64,000 nucleotides of DNA from Eledone cirrhosa (Eukaryota). The stretch is taken from contig OZ024743.1 of NCBI GenBank assembly GCA_964016885.1, forward strand, positions 118,048,001 to 118,112,000. The letters are read 5' to 3'. A program made the translations under genes and the position numbers. The notes beneath the pieces were generated by a model. The model saw nothing but the letters and a program-made list of their open reading frames with translations. It had not been told where the DNA came from and ran no database searches. Positions 1-13,742 of the stretch are shown here, piece by piece (the first letter of the stretch is position 1; each line of letters starts with the position of its first letter).

Positions 1-814
1 GCACCTTTGGTCAGGCAGGTTCGCTTTTTTTCTCTCTCTCGTCTACGATTTCACGGAACTTATGTTCACCGAATTCACAGACTAGATTCCTTCTTCCTCC
101 CGTTAGACCTGTACGGAATTCCTTCCTTGCTCACATTCCAACCAGGTTTGATGGTCTTTATTCTCTCTCGTTCACGATTTCACCGAACTTATGTTCATGG
201 AAATTTGGGACTTGACTCTTTCTTCCTCACTTTTCGTTGCTTCACCATCTTTGTTTGTTTACACTCTCGTGTCCCCTTTATTTACGTGTCCCAAGGATTT
301 TTTTTAGCCGTTGCTCGCACCAACCGGAGGTTTATGGTCTTTAAAGCGATGAAAAACCATTGATGGTTGGAAGATCACTGATGAAGGACTAACTTTATTC
401 ATATATATATATATGGAAAGTTATATTTAAATTGTTGGGTTACAACTAGTAAATATTTATAACTGATATAAAAGCACTCAACAAGTATTTGGAGTATATC
501 CCTGAAATATATATAATGAAATAAATATGGTTTTATAAATATAGTTTCCATTTATTTAATATCGTATATATATATATATATATATATAAGTGTGTGTGTG
601 CATATTTATATATCTATATACATTATATATATGAATATATTTATACATAGATATTCATATATATATATATATATGTATATATCTGTGTGTGTGTGTATAT
701 ATATATATGTAAGCGTGTGTGTGTGTTTGTGTGTATGTACATGTGTGTGTGTGCGTGTTTGTGCGTGTGTGCTTGTGTGTGTGCATGTGTGTGTGCTCGT
801 GAGCCATATGCACG

Positions 815-951
815 TAGGGTCGGACGCCATGCTTTGCAGCATAGAGTTACGGCCCTTTACGGTCTGCCTTTCATCCTTAGCGGGCTGATGAAATAAAGCA
901 CCAGTAATACACTGGAATAGTTGCTGGCCTTGTGCCAAAAGTAGAATCAAT
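815..951 (+). mobile_element. tRNA-derived Nin-domain-type SINE, 5'-truncated and internally deleted copy
   Basis: Matches the family seen at 22909-23101: GTCGGACGCCATGCTTTGCAGC...TGCCTTTCATCCTTA...ACCAGTAATACACTGG...GCTGGCCTTGTGCCAAAAGTAGAA. Confidence 0.85.
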
Positions 952-1016
952 TTTGTATTAATATCCCAAAACAATCAAACCTTTTGCTCCTCATGTTATT
1001 ATCTCTGTAATAATCA

Positions 1017-1194
1017 GGGCGGTGGATTGACAGTATCGGTAGAGAGTCATTGCAGCATAGAGTTACGGCCATTTACGATCTGAGTTCAAATCTCACCGAG
1101 GTTAACTTTGCTTTTCATTCTTACGGGGTTGATAAAATCGACTCCCCCCCCCCCCCCCGAATTGATGGCCTTGTGCCTATATGAGAAACCATTA
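1017..1194 (+). mobile_element. Nin-domain-type SINE with 16-bp target-site duplication
   Basis: GGGCGGTGGA head, B-box-like GAGTTCAAATC, Nin-like core GTTAACTTTGCTTTTCATTCTTACGGGGTTGATAAAA; TTATCTCTGTAATAAT occurs at 999-1014 and 1198-1213. Confidence 0.9.
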
Positions 1195-1579
1195 TTTTTA
1201 TCTCTGTAATAATTACACAAATGTAAGGAAAAGGTGGTGATGAGAAAGAAGCAGGAGAAGATGGAGAGAATAAATTAGGATTATAAAACGAATCAATACA
1301 AAGGTGTTGATCTGATGATGATGAAAATGATTGCGGTTGTGAGTGGTGTTGGTAGAACATATATTTTATGGAAGAAGATTCCTAAGATTTTTACTTTGCT
1401 ACAGCAATTATCACTAAGGTCCTGCAAGAGTGAATTAAATGAAACCCCAGTAATTGAATGGAAATTATACTAAATCCCGAAAGATAAACGTTGGAGAAGA
1501 TAATGTTTTTTTTTTTGTTTTTGTTTTTTGTTGTTGTTGTTCAGTATTGAGTCACCCCTGATCACGCAGATCTATAATC

Positions 1580-1830
1580 AATGTGTCCGGGGGAATACTT
1601 TTGCCGTCTTGTCAGCGGGGCGCAACACATGTGCCCTCTTGCCCTGGGCCCAAAGCCCAATCACCCTCCCCTCTCTTCTGCGACACCAGGACTCTTGTCA
1701 TCCCCCCTTCCCGTACTTTTTCTTTTTTCTTTCTATATTTCCCTATTCTTTCTTTCCTTTTGTTTACCCCCTTTTTTTCTTACTAAATTTTAACATTTTC
1801 CTCAACTAAAAGAAATCTACATAAAAAAAC
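1580..1830 (+). mobile_element. 3' end of a CRE-like non-LTR retrotransposon
   Basis: Translation 'CVRGNTFAVLSAG' resembles the CRE C-terminal QRGNAxAVL motif; followed by a pyrimidine-rich UTR and an A-rich tail. Confidence 0.45.
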
Positions 1831-2514
1831 AACTTTATTTTAGCCCTGACCATCCCAACATTTTATATATATGTTGAGAATTTAACATTGAACTTGTTAT
1901 TTCTAAGATGGCAGAGTGTGACTCGGCTGTTATTTCTAGCATGTTGGGCCATTCGGAAAAGAATCCGTGTTATATTTGCTCCCCACATTAGGTACAATTT
2001 TTTACATTGTGCTAGCTTCATATACTAAACAGCATACATAGTAAAAGGTCTAATAGATAAAGGCGAGTTTGAAAACAGTTAAATGTATCATATGTCGGTT
2101 CAGTTGAATAATATTCGAGTTTGATTACAATATTAGTGAGACACTTGTATAATTAACGTAATTTTGAGGAGCACAATCAACATGACACAGGGTATGTTAA
2201 AGATGGTCCTTTGAATTATACGCAAGGCCCATCTATCTAACGAATTTGCCTCTCATAACTTGGTTCGACTAAAAGTTATTTTAGAAGACACGCCTATTAT
2301 GAAAAGATTTTCCCTAGAAGCCACTCATGTGTACTCGAACGAGGACCTGTTGTGAGCATGGCACATTTCTTGATCGCTTTATTATGTAAAAAAGACATGA
2401 AAAATTGTGGATTTAAATAGATACAAATGATGGATTTAAATAGATGTTGTAGATTCTCACGGTGTTGACACTGGGAAATGATAACTTCAGATCTACTACT
2501 ACTACTAATAATAA

Positions 2515-2932
2515 TAATTTCTGATTTAGGCACAAGGCCAACAATTTGGGTGCAGGGGGAGGGAAAAGTCGATTAAATTGACCCTAGTACTTACTGGTGC
2601 TATATTTTATCGACCCCGTAAGGATGAAAGGCAAAGCTAACTTCGGCGAGATTTGAACTCAGAACGCAAAGTGCCGTAACTCAATGCGGCGAAGCATGTT
2701 GTCCGACGTTCTACCGATTCTGCTAATCCACCACCCCTAATAATAACAATAATGTTTCTACTTTTGGCACAAGGCCAGTAATTATCCCCAGAGTATTACT
2801 GGTGCTTTATCTTATCGACCCCTTAAGGATGAAAGTCAAAGTTAACCTACCGGGATTTGAACTCAGAACGTAAAGGGCCATAACCCCGATGCTGCAAAAC
2901 ATGGTGTCTGACGCTCTGCCGACATTGCCAGA
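2515..2932 (-). mobile_element. Two tandem Nin-domain-type SINE copies (about 2515-2737 and 2748-2932)
   Basis: Each contains the reverse complement of the family core (TATCGACCCC..AAGGATGAAAG.CAAAG.TAAC...GATTTGAACTCAGAAC). Confidence 0.9.
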
Positions 2933-2994
2933 CCATGTTTACTCATTGACATGACTGACCGTCTGACAGAAATTTGTCGGCAACAGGGTATGAA

Positions 2995-3140
2995 AAACTT
3001 GCAAATAATAAATATCAAGAAAGTTATATAAAAGGTGTTCAAAAGTTTCTAGACAACATACCTGGTATATTTAACATCTAGGATATCCAAAAGACAGTTC
3101 TAATAAGTACCGCCCATATACCTCAGAATTATTTGTATTT
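2995..3140 (+). mobile_element. R4/Dong-like non-LTR retrotransposon C-terminal fragment
   Basis: Translates as IKGVQKFLDNIPGIFNI*DIQKTVLISTAHI, resembling the QKxxLLGTAHILR C-terminus of R4/Dong elements. Confidence 0.6.
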
Positions 3141-3509
3141 GCAACACAATTTTTTTCTGTTTATTTCTTATTGAAATTAATTGATATTCAATACCATTCA
3201 AATATCTTTAATGCAAAATTAATGAATATTTTTATACTGATTCATACTTCTTTTTATCTCATCTTACTCCTACGTATCTGTGTTTAGTTTCTAATTTTTT
3301 TAAAAACCTTATTTACTTACCTTTCGGGACGTGACGTATTAACTGAATGTGTGGACAGAAGAATTAAAAAATAAAAGCAAAAGAAGGAAATTTAGAAAAA
3401 TGCTATCGAAATTAATCAAAACAAGTGTTACCTGCCATAAGTATCTAGTTGATACTCTGTAGTCATTGCACACGAAGCGAAATTAAAGGAATATATAATG
3501 ATACTAATA

Positions 3510-6500
3510 ATAATTTCATCATTAATTACACAGTATTTATAAAAAGCATATTAAGGACGGTACAATATGATACAGTCTAGTAATATGAAAATGAAGAAGA
3601 AAACAAAAACAAAAGAAAATTAAACAATAGGGGGTGGGGGAGACATGCGAGAATCACTCATAGAAAAAACCCACAAAAGTCAGCATCAACCTAACTACTG
3701 AGGAAAGTGCCTTTTCCCTTTTACCGTCCTCCAATCTACAGATGTATTCTCAGATTAGACCCCTTTAACCAGACGATGCTTGTCATTATCACCAACGTTT
3801 CAAACATTTTGCTGGAAGGCAGCACTGCTTTCTCCAACTTTCTCCAAATGCCCTTTCAAGTTAATCTTGTAAACGTTATTCGGGGCTTCAGTTTTAGGGG
3901 CTTTCAATCTCATCCACCAAAAACCTCTTTCGCCATGTCCACCAGATCTATATAAACTGCCTGCCCTTCTTAACCAGAAGAAAGACGTTAGGACAGTCTT
4001 CGCAATGGACTCCGCTGATACCCGGATCCATGGTACTCGTAATATCAGTCGAGTATTGATGAACTAAGTGGACTAGTGCGTGCAGGGCTCAATTCAAACG
4101 TCTTCCAGAATAGACCAGCCAGTTGATTTCTATCGACACCCAAAATCTCTCACAGAACGTCATCACTTTCAATCGACAATCATCTTCTATGGAACGCCAA
4201 AAAGGAGATTCCACGGATAGGATAGACAGATAGGTAAGCGGTGTTTAACGACATTCCAGGTGCCAAACACTCTGTTTGGATCTACGATTGACCCACTGAA
4301 GCAGGTCTGTGAAAGAGACGACGGAGGAAATGTTCAAATAAACGGTAAAGTCGTCGCTGCTTCTGCACATGTCGATGTATTAACATCCACGGTATGCTTA
4401 GTCCTTCGTGCAGCGAGTTTTAACATCAAATGGACACGTGACCAGTAAACCGCCTGTCTCTCACTAATATTGAAAACGCAAACGCTCCAGGTCGGTCTGA
4501 CGAGGACTGGAGCAAGACACGACTATCAGACGGTAATAGATAATGGAGGTGACGTTGGCATTCACCAATTCCACCCTAGATTTCATAGATAGCTTCCTCT
4601 CTAACAATTTCTTATTATGACTGACAAACCTGCTCTTCAGCTCATTCCAGTTCGTGTGAAACTGGTGATGTGGACAAAAACAAACCATCAGCCATTTAAC
4701 TGATAAATCCGTTCGGCGCCCAACGACGCTGTTGGGCGGCATTGACTTGATACTCTAAGTGCCGAACTGCAATATCACAGACATTTCCTGATTAATATTC
4801 ATTCCTGTCACCACCCCGTTCTCTAATAGAGGGTTACCGATTACCTCGATGTGTTTAGCATTCGATACTACTACTTTGACTTTGTCTGCATATGCAGACA
4901 CGGATATTCCCCTTACTAGTTCGCGTGCGATGCATCTCAAAGTCGCTATGTCTTTGGTTTCTTCAGCAGTGACTCTAGTCAGTACATACAGAAGTGACGA
5001 AAGAAGACAATAAGTAGGAAAGAATTGAATAATGTTGAAGAATTCTGACATATGATCATTTAAACTGACCACCAAGAAGATTTCGCTGTACAATGTTGCG
5101 ATTATTCTTGCAAATGTTCCAAATATCGGCAGCCTTAAGGACAGCTGCCATGAACTGATGGTGGATCGTATTGAAACGTTTCGATTAGTCTATGTTCAGC
5201 AAGACCCTTTCCGTTCCAGGTTCCTTACACCCACTCTGTATGAAATATCACAAGAAGATGAAGTTATCATGATAGATCTTTTCTGGGTGGTGTACAACTG
5301 CCCCTCCCTACACAGAGAATAGATGACAAGCGATGACATTTCTAACATCTTGGCCAAAATTTTGAACACTGCGTTTATTAACAGCGTTATGAGCCGAAAA
5401 TTGACAATGTAGCACCCTTGTTCTGGCCCATTCGCAACAGAACCACCAATCCTCGGCACAGAGATGTAGGAATTACCCTGTACTGCTGCCAGTTGCGTTA
5501 ACCATCTGAAGAGGCCACCTAACCTGTCTGCGTAAAACTCATAAGGCAGGCCAGGTGATTTTCCCCTAGTGTGGCTAGCTATCACCTCCCTTGTTTCAGT
5601 GGCCCTGTCGGTTTTCCATATTCATCCTCTCCAATGCCAAGTTTCGGAAAGGCCATCAACTTAAGCACAGGGTGATCCTGTGTTACGGTTCGCAACTCAC
5701 CCCGAAACATTGAGCAAAATGTCAGAGGAAAACCGTACAAATTTCCTTGGAATCCATTAGCAGGTGCTCATCACTGACGGTTAAAGACCGACTTTTCACT
5801 TTGTTGCCACGTTACGCATCACTTACGCGAGCCCATCAACCAGCTTTCGTTTTGGCATATCGCGGAGCATGCAAGCCGGGTACAATCTCTTTCCTGAAAT
5901 TCTCCTGTAACTGTCTCTCCCTTTAATCTAGGTTTCTCCATCGCTACTCTCTAAATAAACTTTATCGATTCTACTTTAATTACTCATTTCAAGGTGAACA
6001 ACCATTTGTTGTTGACGATTGGACGCGTCAACATACGCTAACTAGGTTGCTAATCCATTCCGTATGTGTCATCTTTGCGCGCTGGGAATGACGCATTCAG
6101 CTTCCAGTATCCGGATACGAGTCTACAAAACCGATCTCGGTCCACGGTACAGATTATAAATTTGTAGTTTGTGTAATCGAATACTTGAAATTTTGACCCG
6201 TCTGTTCTATTACTATGACGTCGAGAGTACCCCCTCTAGATACGATCTGTATGAAACGATCTGGTTTGATCATGTCCAAAGGCACATTCGCGAATTCCAG
6301 TCGATATCTATGAGATAGATTAAAATATTAGGATAAATTTTCAAGGCTTTTACCACCTTTTCTTCTATTCGCTAGTCCCATACTCAGTGGCAGTGTACAT
6401 CCGAAATACCGTTCCAATATCAAGTAACATTAATAAGCGGAACTTTCCGAGGAAGGTCACTGAATGCTTACAAATAACTGGTTTGCAAATAACTAATTTG

Positions 6501-6690
6501 AGGGGCTGATATTCACTGCTGGGAATGTCAAGGAAATACTCCATATCGTGAGATCCAGACAGCTTCAAAGCAATATGGTGATTCTTCTTCCATATTGCGG
6601 ACGACTTGAAGATACGTACACCTCATAACTACCAAATATCGTCGCGAATGTTCATACCTCATACATTTTGTTCAACGAAAGAAACTAATT
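3510..6690 (-). mobile_element. Decayed Tx1/L1-clade LINE (AP endonuclease + reverse transcriptase), many stops and frameshifts
   Basis: GYWKLNAS at about 6090-6115, GKSPGLPYEFY and NFRLITLLINAVFKILAK (ORF 5196-5585), VSAYADK (YADD-like, ORF 4755-5093), KLSMKSRVELVNAN (ORF 4464-4742). Confidence 0.9.
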
Positions 6691-6759
6691 GTATTATATA
6701 GTAATGATAGCAAGAGAAGACAATAACAAATGTGAAATAGAAAATGTTCTCCAATAGAT

Positions 6760-7560
6760 GATCACCATGCAGTTTCTTTCTCCATAGTCAATAGGCAGGC
6801 GAAGATTGCTGAGCTTCAGTTCTAAAGTTTAATTTTTACTATAGACAGGGCTGAAAACATTCACCTGTCCTATTCATGATGGCAGCTGTTTGATACAAGC
6901 ACAGTATGTAGCCTCGCCCTAGGTGCATCTCCTACAGTTACGGCTAGAGCTTATCTCGAGATGCCTTTCTTTAGCATTCCATATAATGTCTATGTTGTTT
7001 TCGATAGCTGCCGTCAACATCTCATTGTTAAGCTGGTAAACGCTGTGGATACATGTCTATATTCCAGAATACTGGCAGCCAACGCTGTTCTGCATATGAC
7101 CCAGGAATATAGGTAGGTCAGAAGGCGTGTCACAGAGAAGGCGACCAGACTGATTGGCTTTCACTTTCTCTTGTAAATGTCTTTGTAGTAACCGAGCTGA
7201 TTCTACAGGTGTGTTAGACGAGCATGTTCTAGCGCATCATTAGCAATGGCGTTACAAGTACACAATGGATTAAGTGTTCAAAGCAAATAGTTTTTATGAC
7301 GAGCAAAGCTGACCCTTCCACACATGGTTTCTTCTCTTTTTTTTTGCTGAAATAGTGGCATCCTCAGCATTGGAGGCTTTCTTTATTTTACTATCAGCTA
7401 CAGATGTAAGGTCCGTGTTTATTAGTACCAAACAGCAGTTACCCACAAATATGTGGGTGTCATTTGGAAACGTTATCAGATCAAGGATGAATTCGAGCCG
7501 TCGCCTGGACAAAATTTCATCCATATTACAGAGCAGTTCTTTTCTCATGCTATTTTTCCA
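6760..7560 (-). mobile_element. Highly decayed non-LTR retrotransposon remnant, probably R4/Dong-like (post-RT, restriction-like endonuclease region)
   Basis: Fragments resembling GGRGL (SRRRL), WxxKxLHGQ (VWKGQ), NSVGC (RH[DN]xVA-like) and ENNIDIIW (ENxxxKILW-like). Confidence 0.45.
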
Positions 7561-7692
7561 AAGCACAAACTACACACACACACACACATACACACACACA
7601 AACACACACGTACACATACACACAACACAGACACATACACACATACACACACGCACATACACACACACATACACATATATATATATATATAT

Positions 7693-7803
7693 ATAGGAAA
7701 AGGTATGACCCCGACGGCAGAGCTCAAGCCGTTTCGACGGCTATTTATGGACTCACCGTCGAAACGACTTGAGCTCTGCCGTCGGGGTCATACCTTTTCC
7801 TAT
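7693..7803. repeat. Inverted repeat / long hairpin: 48-bp arms, 1 mismatch, 15-nt loop
   Basis: ATAGGAAAAGGTATGACCCCGACGGCAGAGCTCAAGCCGTTTCGACGG (7693-7740) against its reverse complement at 7756-7803. Confidence 0.95.
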
Positions 7804-7879
7804 TTCCCACTCTACTGCCCTAAGAATTGAGTAATCTGGTGCGTTATGGTCCATGTGGTTCCTTACCACAATTCCTTCG

Positions 7880-7966
<87 letters not shown>

Positions 7967-7984
7967 TCCATATATACATAGAGA

Positions 7985-9563
7985 TATGCATATATATACA
8001 TATATATATAAGAGAGTATTGAAGTTTGCTTGAAGCATTGTGGAATAATAAGATATATTTTTTCTTTAGGTCGCTTTGGAAGCCTCAACAATGCAGATGG
8101 GTAATTCTCCGGGTAACAAGATCCAGTGGTGGAGAGAGAGATGTAAGTGAATGTAGATTGAGATGTATAGTGCGTAGAAGAACGTAGGAAAGAGCGTAAA
8201 AAATAAAAAAATAATAACACGAGATAGAGTTACCTTGGGAGAGATTTAATTGTCCCTATATATTTCGGATTCACATCCATCAACTGGGGGGCGTTTTCCG
8301 GGGTGAGGGGAAATTGTTGTCCGTCGGAAAGGTGCGAAAGGTGTCCTCCGCTGTTCGTTGTTTTGAATATCTGAGGTATTCAGCAGAGCACGCGTGCGCG
8401 TGAAATAGGGTCGATCAAATATAGGCGGCGGCCGAAATAGTTCTTTTAATTGTGGGAGTGGGGTGGCGTTAGCTGTCAATCCATTGTATTATCTGCCCGT
8501 GCTGGTTTCAGTATTAGCAGTGTTGAATAGTGCGTGGTGGTTGTAGTATTCTCTGCCTGTTTGGTGAATGTTACTGTGTGTGTGTGTTGTTGTTGTCTCG
8601 CTTGTGTGTGTGTGTGCGTGTGTTGTTGCCTCGTTCGTCTGTATTAGCAGTGTAGTATGTTCGTATGGTGGCATGCTACTGTGTGAGTGTGTTGCTGTCT
8701 CACTTGTCTGTGTGTGTGTGTGCGTGTGTTGTATCGTTTGTTTACTTAAGCCAACCACCTCATTTCGCTTCTCTCGGATCGGTTATTTATTCGTGGCCCT
8801 AGGCGTTTGATCCACAGTGCTTCCTTGATTCGTAATGTGCCGACGTTTCTTTCCGAAGCTAGAATTGTAACAATGTGCCTTCCGTCTTTGTTTTAGCATT
8901 TGGTTATGTGTTTCCGGAAAGACGAGGCCCTGGTGTTAATGTGCTCCTTGATCCGGATGTGTAGCGGCCGGATTGTGCTACCTATTTAGTAGTGGTTGCA
9001 CTTGTTACATTCTATCTTATACACGACGTATGTGCGTAGGCAACAATTCGTATGGCGCATCGGGATGTTTCTGAGGGAGCACAAGTCAGTCATTTCCCGG
9101 GTTTCCTGGAGAGGTATCATAGCAGGCAGGGGCCCCAGTGGGCCAGGTGGATGTCGAGGCCCTCCCTCCGTATAGCCTTGCGGATAGCGTTGGTGGTATT
9201 CTCGCCCAGGTGTGGTATTTTAAGGAAGCACTTGCCTTGGGCGTTTCTCTGCCTCTTGCGCCTGGTGTCTCTTATTCTGTTTGTGAGTGAGGCAGGGTAC
9301 CCGTTCGTCTTCAGCACTTTGAGGAATCGCTTGGTATGAGTGACACCACTCGCGGGATCGCTGCATCTGTTTTTAATTCGCGAGATCTCGTTCGTGATGT
9401 ATCCTCTTTTAGCACTGTTAGGGAAGGCGGACTTGTAGTGGACGAACAGGTCTTTGCAGGCTGCCTATCGGTAGAAGTTGCAGTGGATCCCTCCTTGTTT
9501 CGTGATGTTGTTTCGGAAGTCTAGGAGGGCAAGTGACCCGTCGAGGAGGGCAAGTGACCCATC
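7985..9563 (-). mobile_element. 5'-truncated Penelope-like element (RT C-terminus + GIY-YIG endonuclease pseudogene + CA-rich 3' UTR)
   Basis: Minus-strand translation gives GSLALLD..FYR..DLFVHYKSA, LKTNGYP, FLKIPHLGE, VVYKIECNKCNHY*IGSTIRPLHIRIKEH, LRIKEA; clearly homologous to 53085-54385. Confidence 0.9.
8254..8291 (-). ncRNA. Atypical minimal hammerhead-like motif in PLE 3' region
   Basis: CCCCCC-AGUUGAU-GGAU(GUGA)AUCC-GAAA-UAUAUA-GGG; stem II covaries with the copy at 54200-54233. Confidence 0.5.
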
Positions 9564-9564
9564 G

Positions 9565-9844
9565 TAATATATAATATTATAAAGCTGAGTGTCGTGTGTA
9601 TGAATTATGTATGTATCATACACACCTCCCTATAGTTTCTTAGCTTTACTCTCTCCGTCGCTCTTCCCTCTCTCTACAATAGATCATTCTCCCTCTTTAT
9701 AATTTAACTCCTTTACTCCCTCTGTCGCTCTTCACTCTCTATATGACGGAAGGACAACGTGACACGGCTGGGTGTGTGGTATCTTTTGCAGTGGAGTGGT
9801 GGGGGCAGGTATACCTACCAGCGGCCAGCCGGACGGGCCATTAG
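9565..9844 (+). mobile_element. Non-autonomous Helitron-like element
   Basis: 5' TATAATATTATAAAGCTGAG resembles animal Helitron starts; GC-rich subterminal segment followed by TTAG-T (degenerate CTAG-T). Confidence 0.5.
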
Positions 9845-10182
9845 TTTATATATATATATATATATATATATGGGAGCATATACAATATTTTTACATATAA
9901 TAAACAAACACAAGTCTCATCGTGATAAATATATATGTATATATATATGTGTATGTGTGTGCATACACACATTCAAGTTGAAAGGCGAAGAAAGGAGGAG
10001 AGATAGATAGGGAAGGAGATAGTCAGAAAAGGATAAGACAAAGTGACACTGTCTAACAATAATTCAATGTAAAAGGTTTTTATCGCCAAAGATTTGTCTT
10101 ATTCATATCTCTGTATCGATCTCAGTGTATACTTAAATTCATGCACCCATAAACACTCATACAGTAACACACACTAACATTT

Positions 10183-11270
<1,088 letters not shown>

Positions 11271-11910
11271 TAGAAAACATGGAAACCTCAAATATAAAAA
11301 AAAGGAAATAGAAAATACTTAGGACGATGAAACGAAGCAAATCAGCTACAATACATAGTACACCCTCTTCAGTTATTACTGGGTATATCCCTGCGATTTA
11401 GATCCATGTAGGGATGTATGTATGTATGCATGTTTGTATATATGTATATATGTAAGTATCTATATATATATATATATATAAGCATGTATGTATGTATGTA
11501 TGTATTTATGTATCTATGCAAGTATGTATGCATATGTTTGTGTCTCGGGTGGTTTCTAATTATGTATATCCACTAAATATATTGACTGCTATCCTTCCAT
11601 TTCTAACAATAGCGGTTGGATTTTACCTACCTGTCAGTTTAGAAATGTGTGGGTTCTGAAGATAAATACTTCTCATTGAAGTCCTGAACACCAAGCAAAT
11701 CGGTGTCCTTTTTATCATGAAAAGCCCATTGAACGTTTAACGATCAGATTAGACCTTATGTCTCTATAATACATTAACGTAGCAAATATGAACCAACGAG
11801 ATAGCTTCTTCGTACTCGAATGACCTGACCCAATCTCTAACATCGCCTTAAGCATACATATGTATATCTATCTCTCTATCTATCTTTCTTTCTCTCTCTC
11901 TCTCTCACCC

Positions 11911-11990
<80 letters not shown>

Positions 11991-12026
11991 AGCGAGAGGT
12001 AGATAGATAGATAGGTAGATATATAC

Positions 12027-12063
<37 letters not shown>

Positions 12064-12898
12064 GATGTGAGTGTGTGTGTATCTGTTTGTATACATACTC
12101 AATCACTCATACTATATTGAATGTCATTTGAAAAGATCGACTAAATAATAAGCCAATTGCTTGGTTTATTACGTAAAAAATACGGTTTGTGTTGATACCC
12201 AGATTAGTCCTATGATTAAATGCATTCTAATGATTGTCAATGTGTTGGCTATAACGATGTTTTTTTCATGTTTTATTTCTATTTCAGTTGGGTTCCTGTA
12301 GAGTGCCTGTTTTTCTGCGTCAAGATTAATGCTCTTCCCTCAACATTACCGATTTCAGGGAGGAAAACGAAACATCTTTGTTTCTTGACTTTTGTCTAAT
12401 TCATCGCTGCGCAAGCATGGTTAAGTAAGTTGATTTCGGCGGTATTTGAAATGAAAACGTACGAAGCCAGAACATACGCACCAACGCATTGTGTGTGATA
12501 CTCTATTCACTCTGCCAATTTACCGCTGACAATTAAATAATTAAAGTTAGATATATTTTGCCTGCAAAAAATTGGTTTATATAGGCGGACATGAAACAAA
12601 TGAAACAGCAATAATAGGAGAATATAATGATAAAGAGCAGATAAGGTGAAAGGGAAGAAGGCCAGTACAAAGTATTGTGTGTACCTATACGTAACCTTAT
12701 CCGCTGTGGTGAGAAATAATTGCGATTGCGATCTTACTTGGAGCGCACTGGCGTTTGTTCTCAGCCCAACATGTTGCTAAAAACGAGTAAGAAATCATAT
12801 AAAACTGGTCCGTTACTAACATTTCTGACGTTTTATTTTTCAGGTGAGCATCATACACTTAGCATAATTGAAATATAGATGTGATTTTTGTTGCTATC

Positions 12899-13078
12899 TC
12901 TTCTTCTTCTTCTTCTTCTTCTTCTTCTTCTTCTTCTTTATCGCCAAATCCACTCAGATTGACCAAAGAAGAAGAAGAAGAAGAAGAAGAAGAAGAAGAA
13001 GAAAAGAAGAAGAAGAAGAAGAAGAAGAAGAAGAAGAAGAAGAAGAAGAAGAAGAAGAAGAAGAAGAAGAAGAAGAAG
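12899..13078. repeat. (TTC)n followed by (GAA)n: mutually inverted trinucleotide tracts
   Basis: TTC tract 12899-12938, short unique spacer, GAA tract about 12967-13078. Confidence 0.97.
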
Positions 13079-13564
13079 GACGAGGAGGTCTCTTAGCTTC
13101 TTTAAAAAAAAAGCAGCCTAATTTCTCTCAAACCACATCTTTATATCTTAATATGGACGGATGAGATGTGCGTGTTGAAACGCCATTGATCTTATGTTTA
13201 TTCGATCGGAGCTGGCTTGGAGCTAAACAACAGCAAAAACAATAAACAAATAACAAATGTAACAAAAAAAACTGAAACTGTTAATGATGGCGTTAAGTTT
13301 CGCCGATACTCCTGTTCTCAGGTGGTCCAACAGGTTCAGAACTCACTATAGAACCAATAAAAGACTACTCACAAAATAACATCACAAATATGTAGTAAAC
13401 GATTATGCTAAAATTAACATGTCTTAGCCGTTATCTCGCTCAACTGCAACTTTAGTGATTTAACGAGAATGTACTCAAATGGAAGCAACCCGTCTCCTCT
13501 GCTTAGAGTACCACAGTGGGTTGTTGTTTTGGGCAGTGTCATCAATTCCTAAGAGAAAAAACCC

Positions 13565-13742
13565 AAATAACCTCAGTGCTTGTCTGGTTCTTTATTTATG
13601 GACTCTTTTAGGATAAATGAGAAAGTTGAACTCGGTGTGATCTAAACTTAGAAGTCAAATAGTTGGGATTTAAACTTAGAACACAAATAGGTGGGACAAC
13701 TACCGCAAGGCATTTTGTTCAATGTTCTAACAATCCTGCTGA
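13565..13742 (-). mobile_element. Old, diverged Nin-domain-type SINE copy
   Basis: TTTATGGACTCTTTTAGGATAAATGAGAAAGTTGAACTCGG...GGCATTTTGTTCAATGTTCTAAC matches the family reverse complement. Confidence 0.6.
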
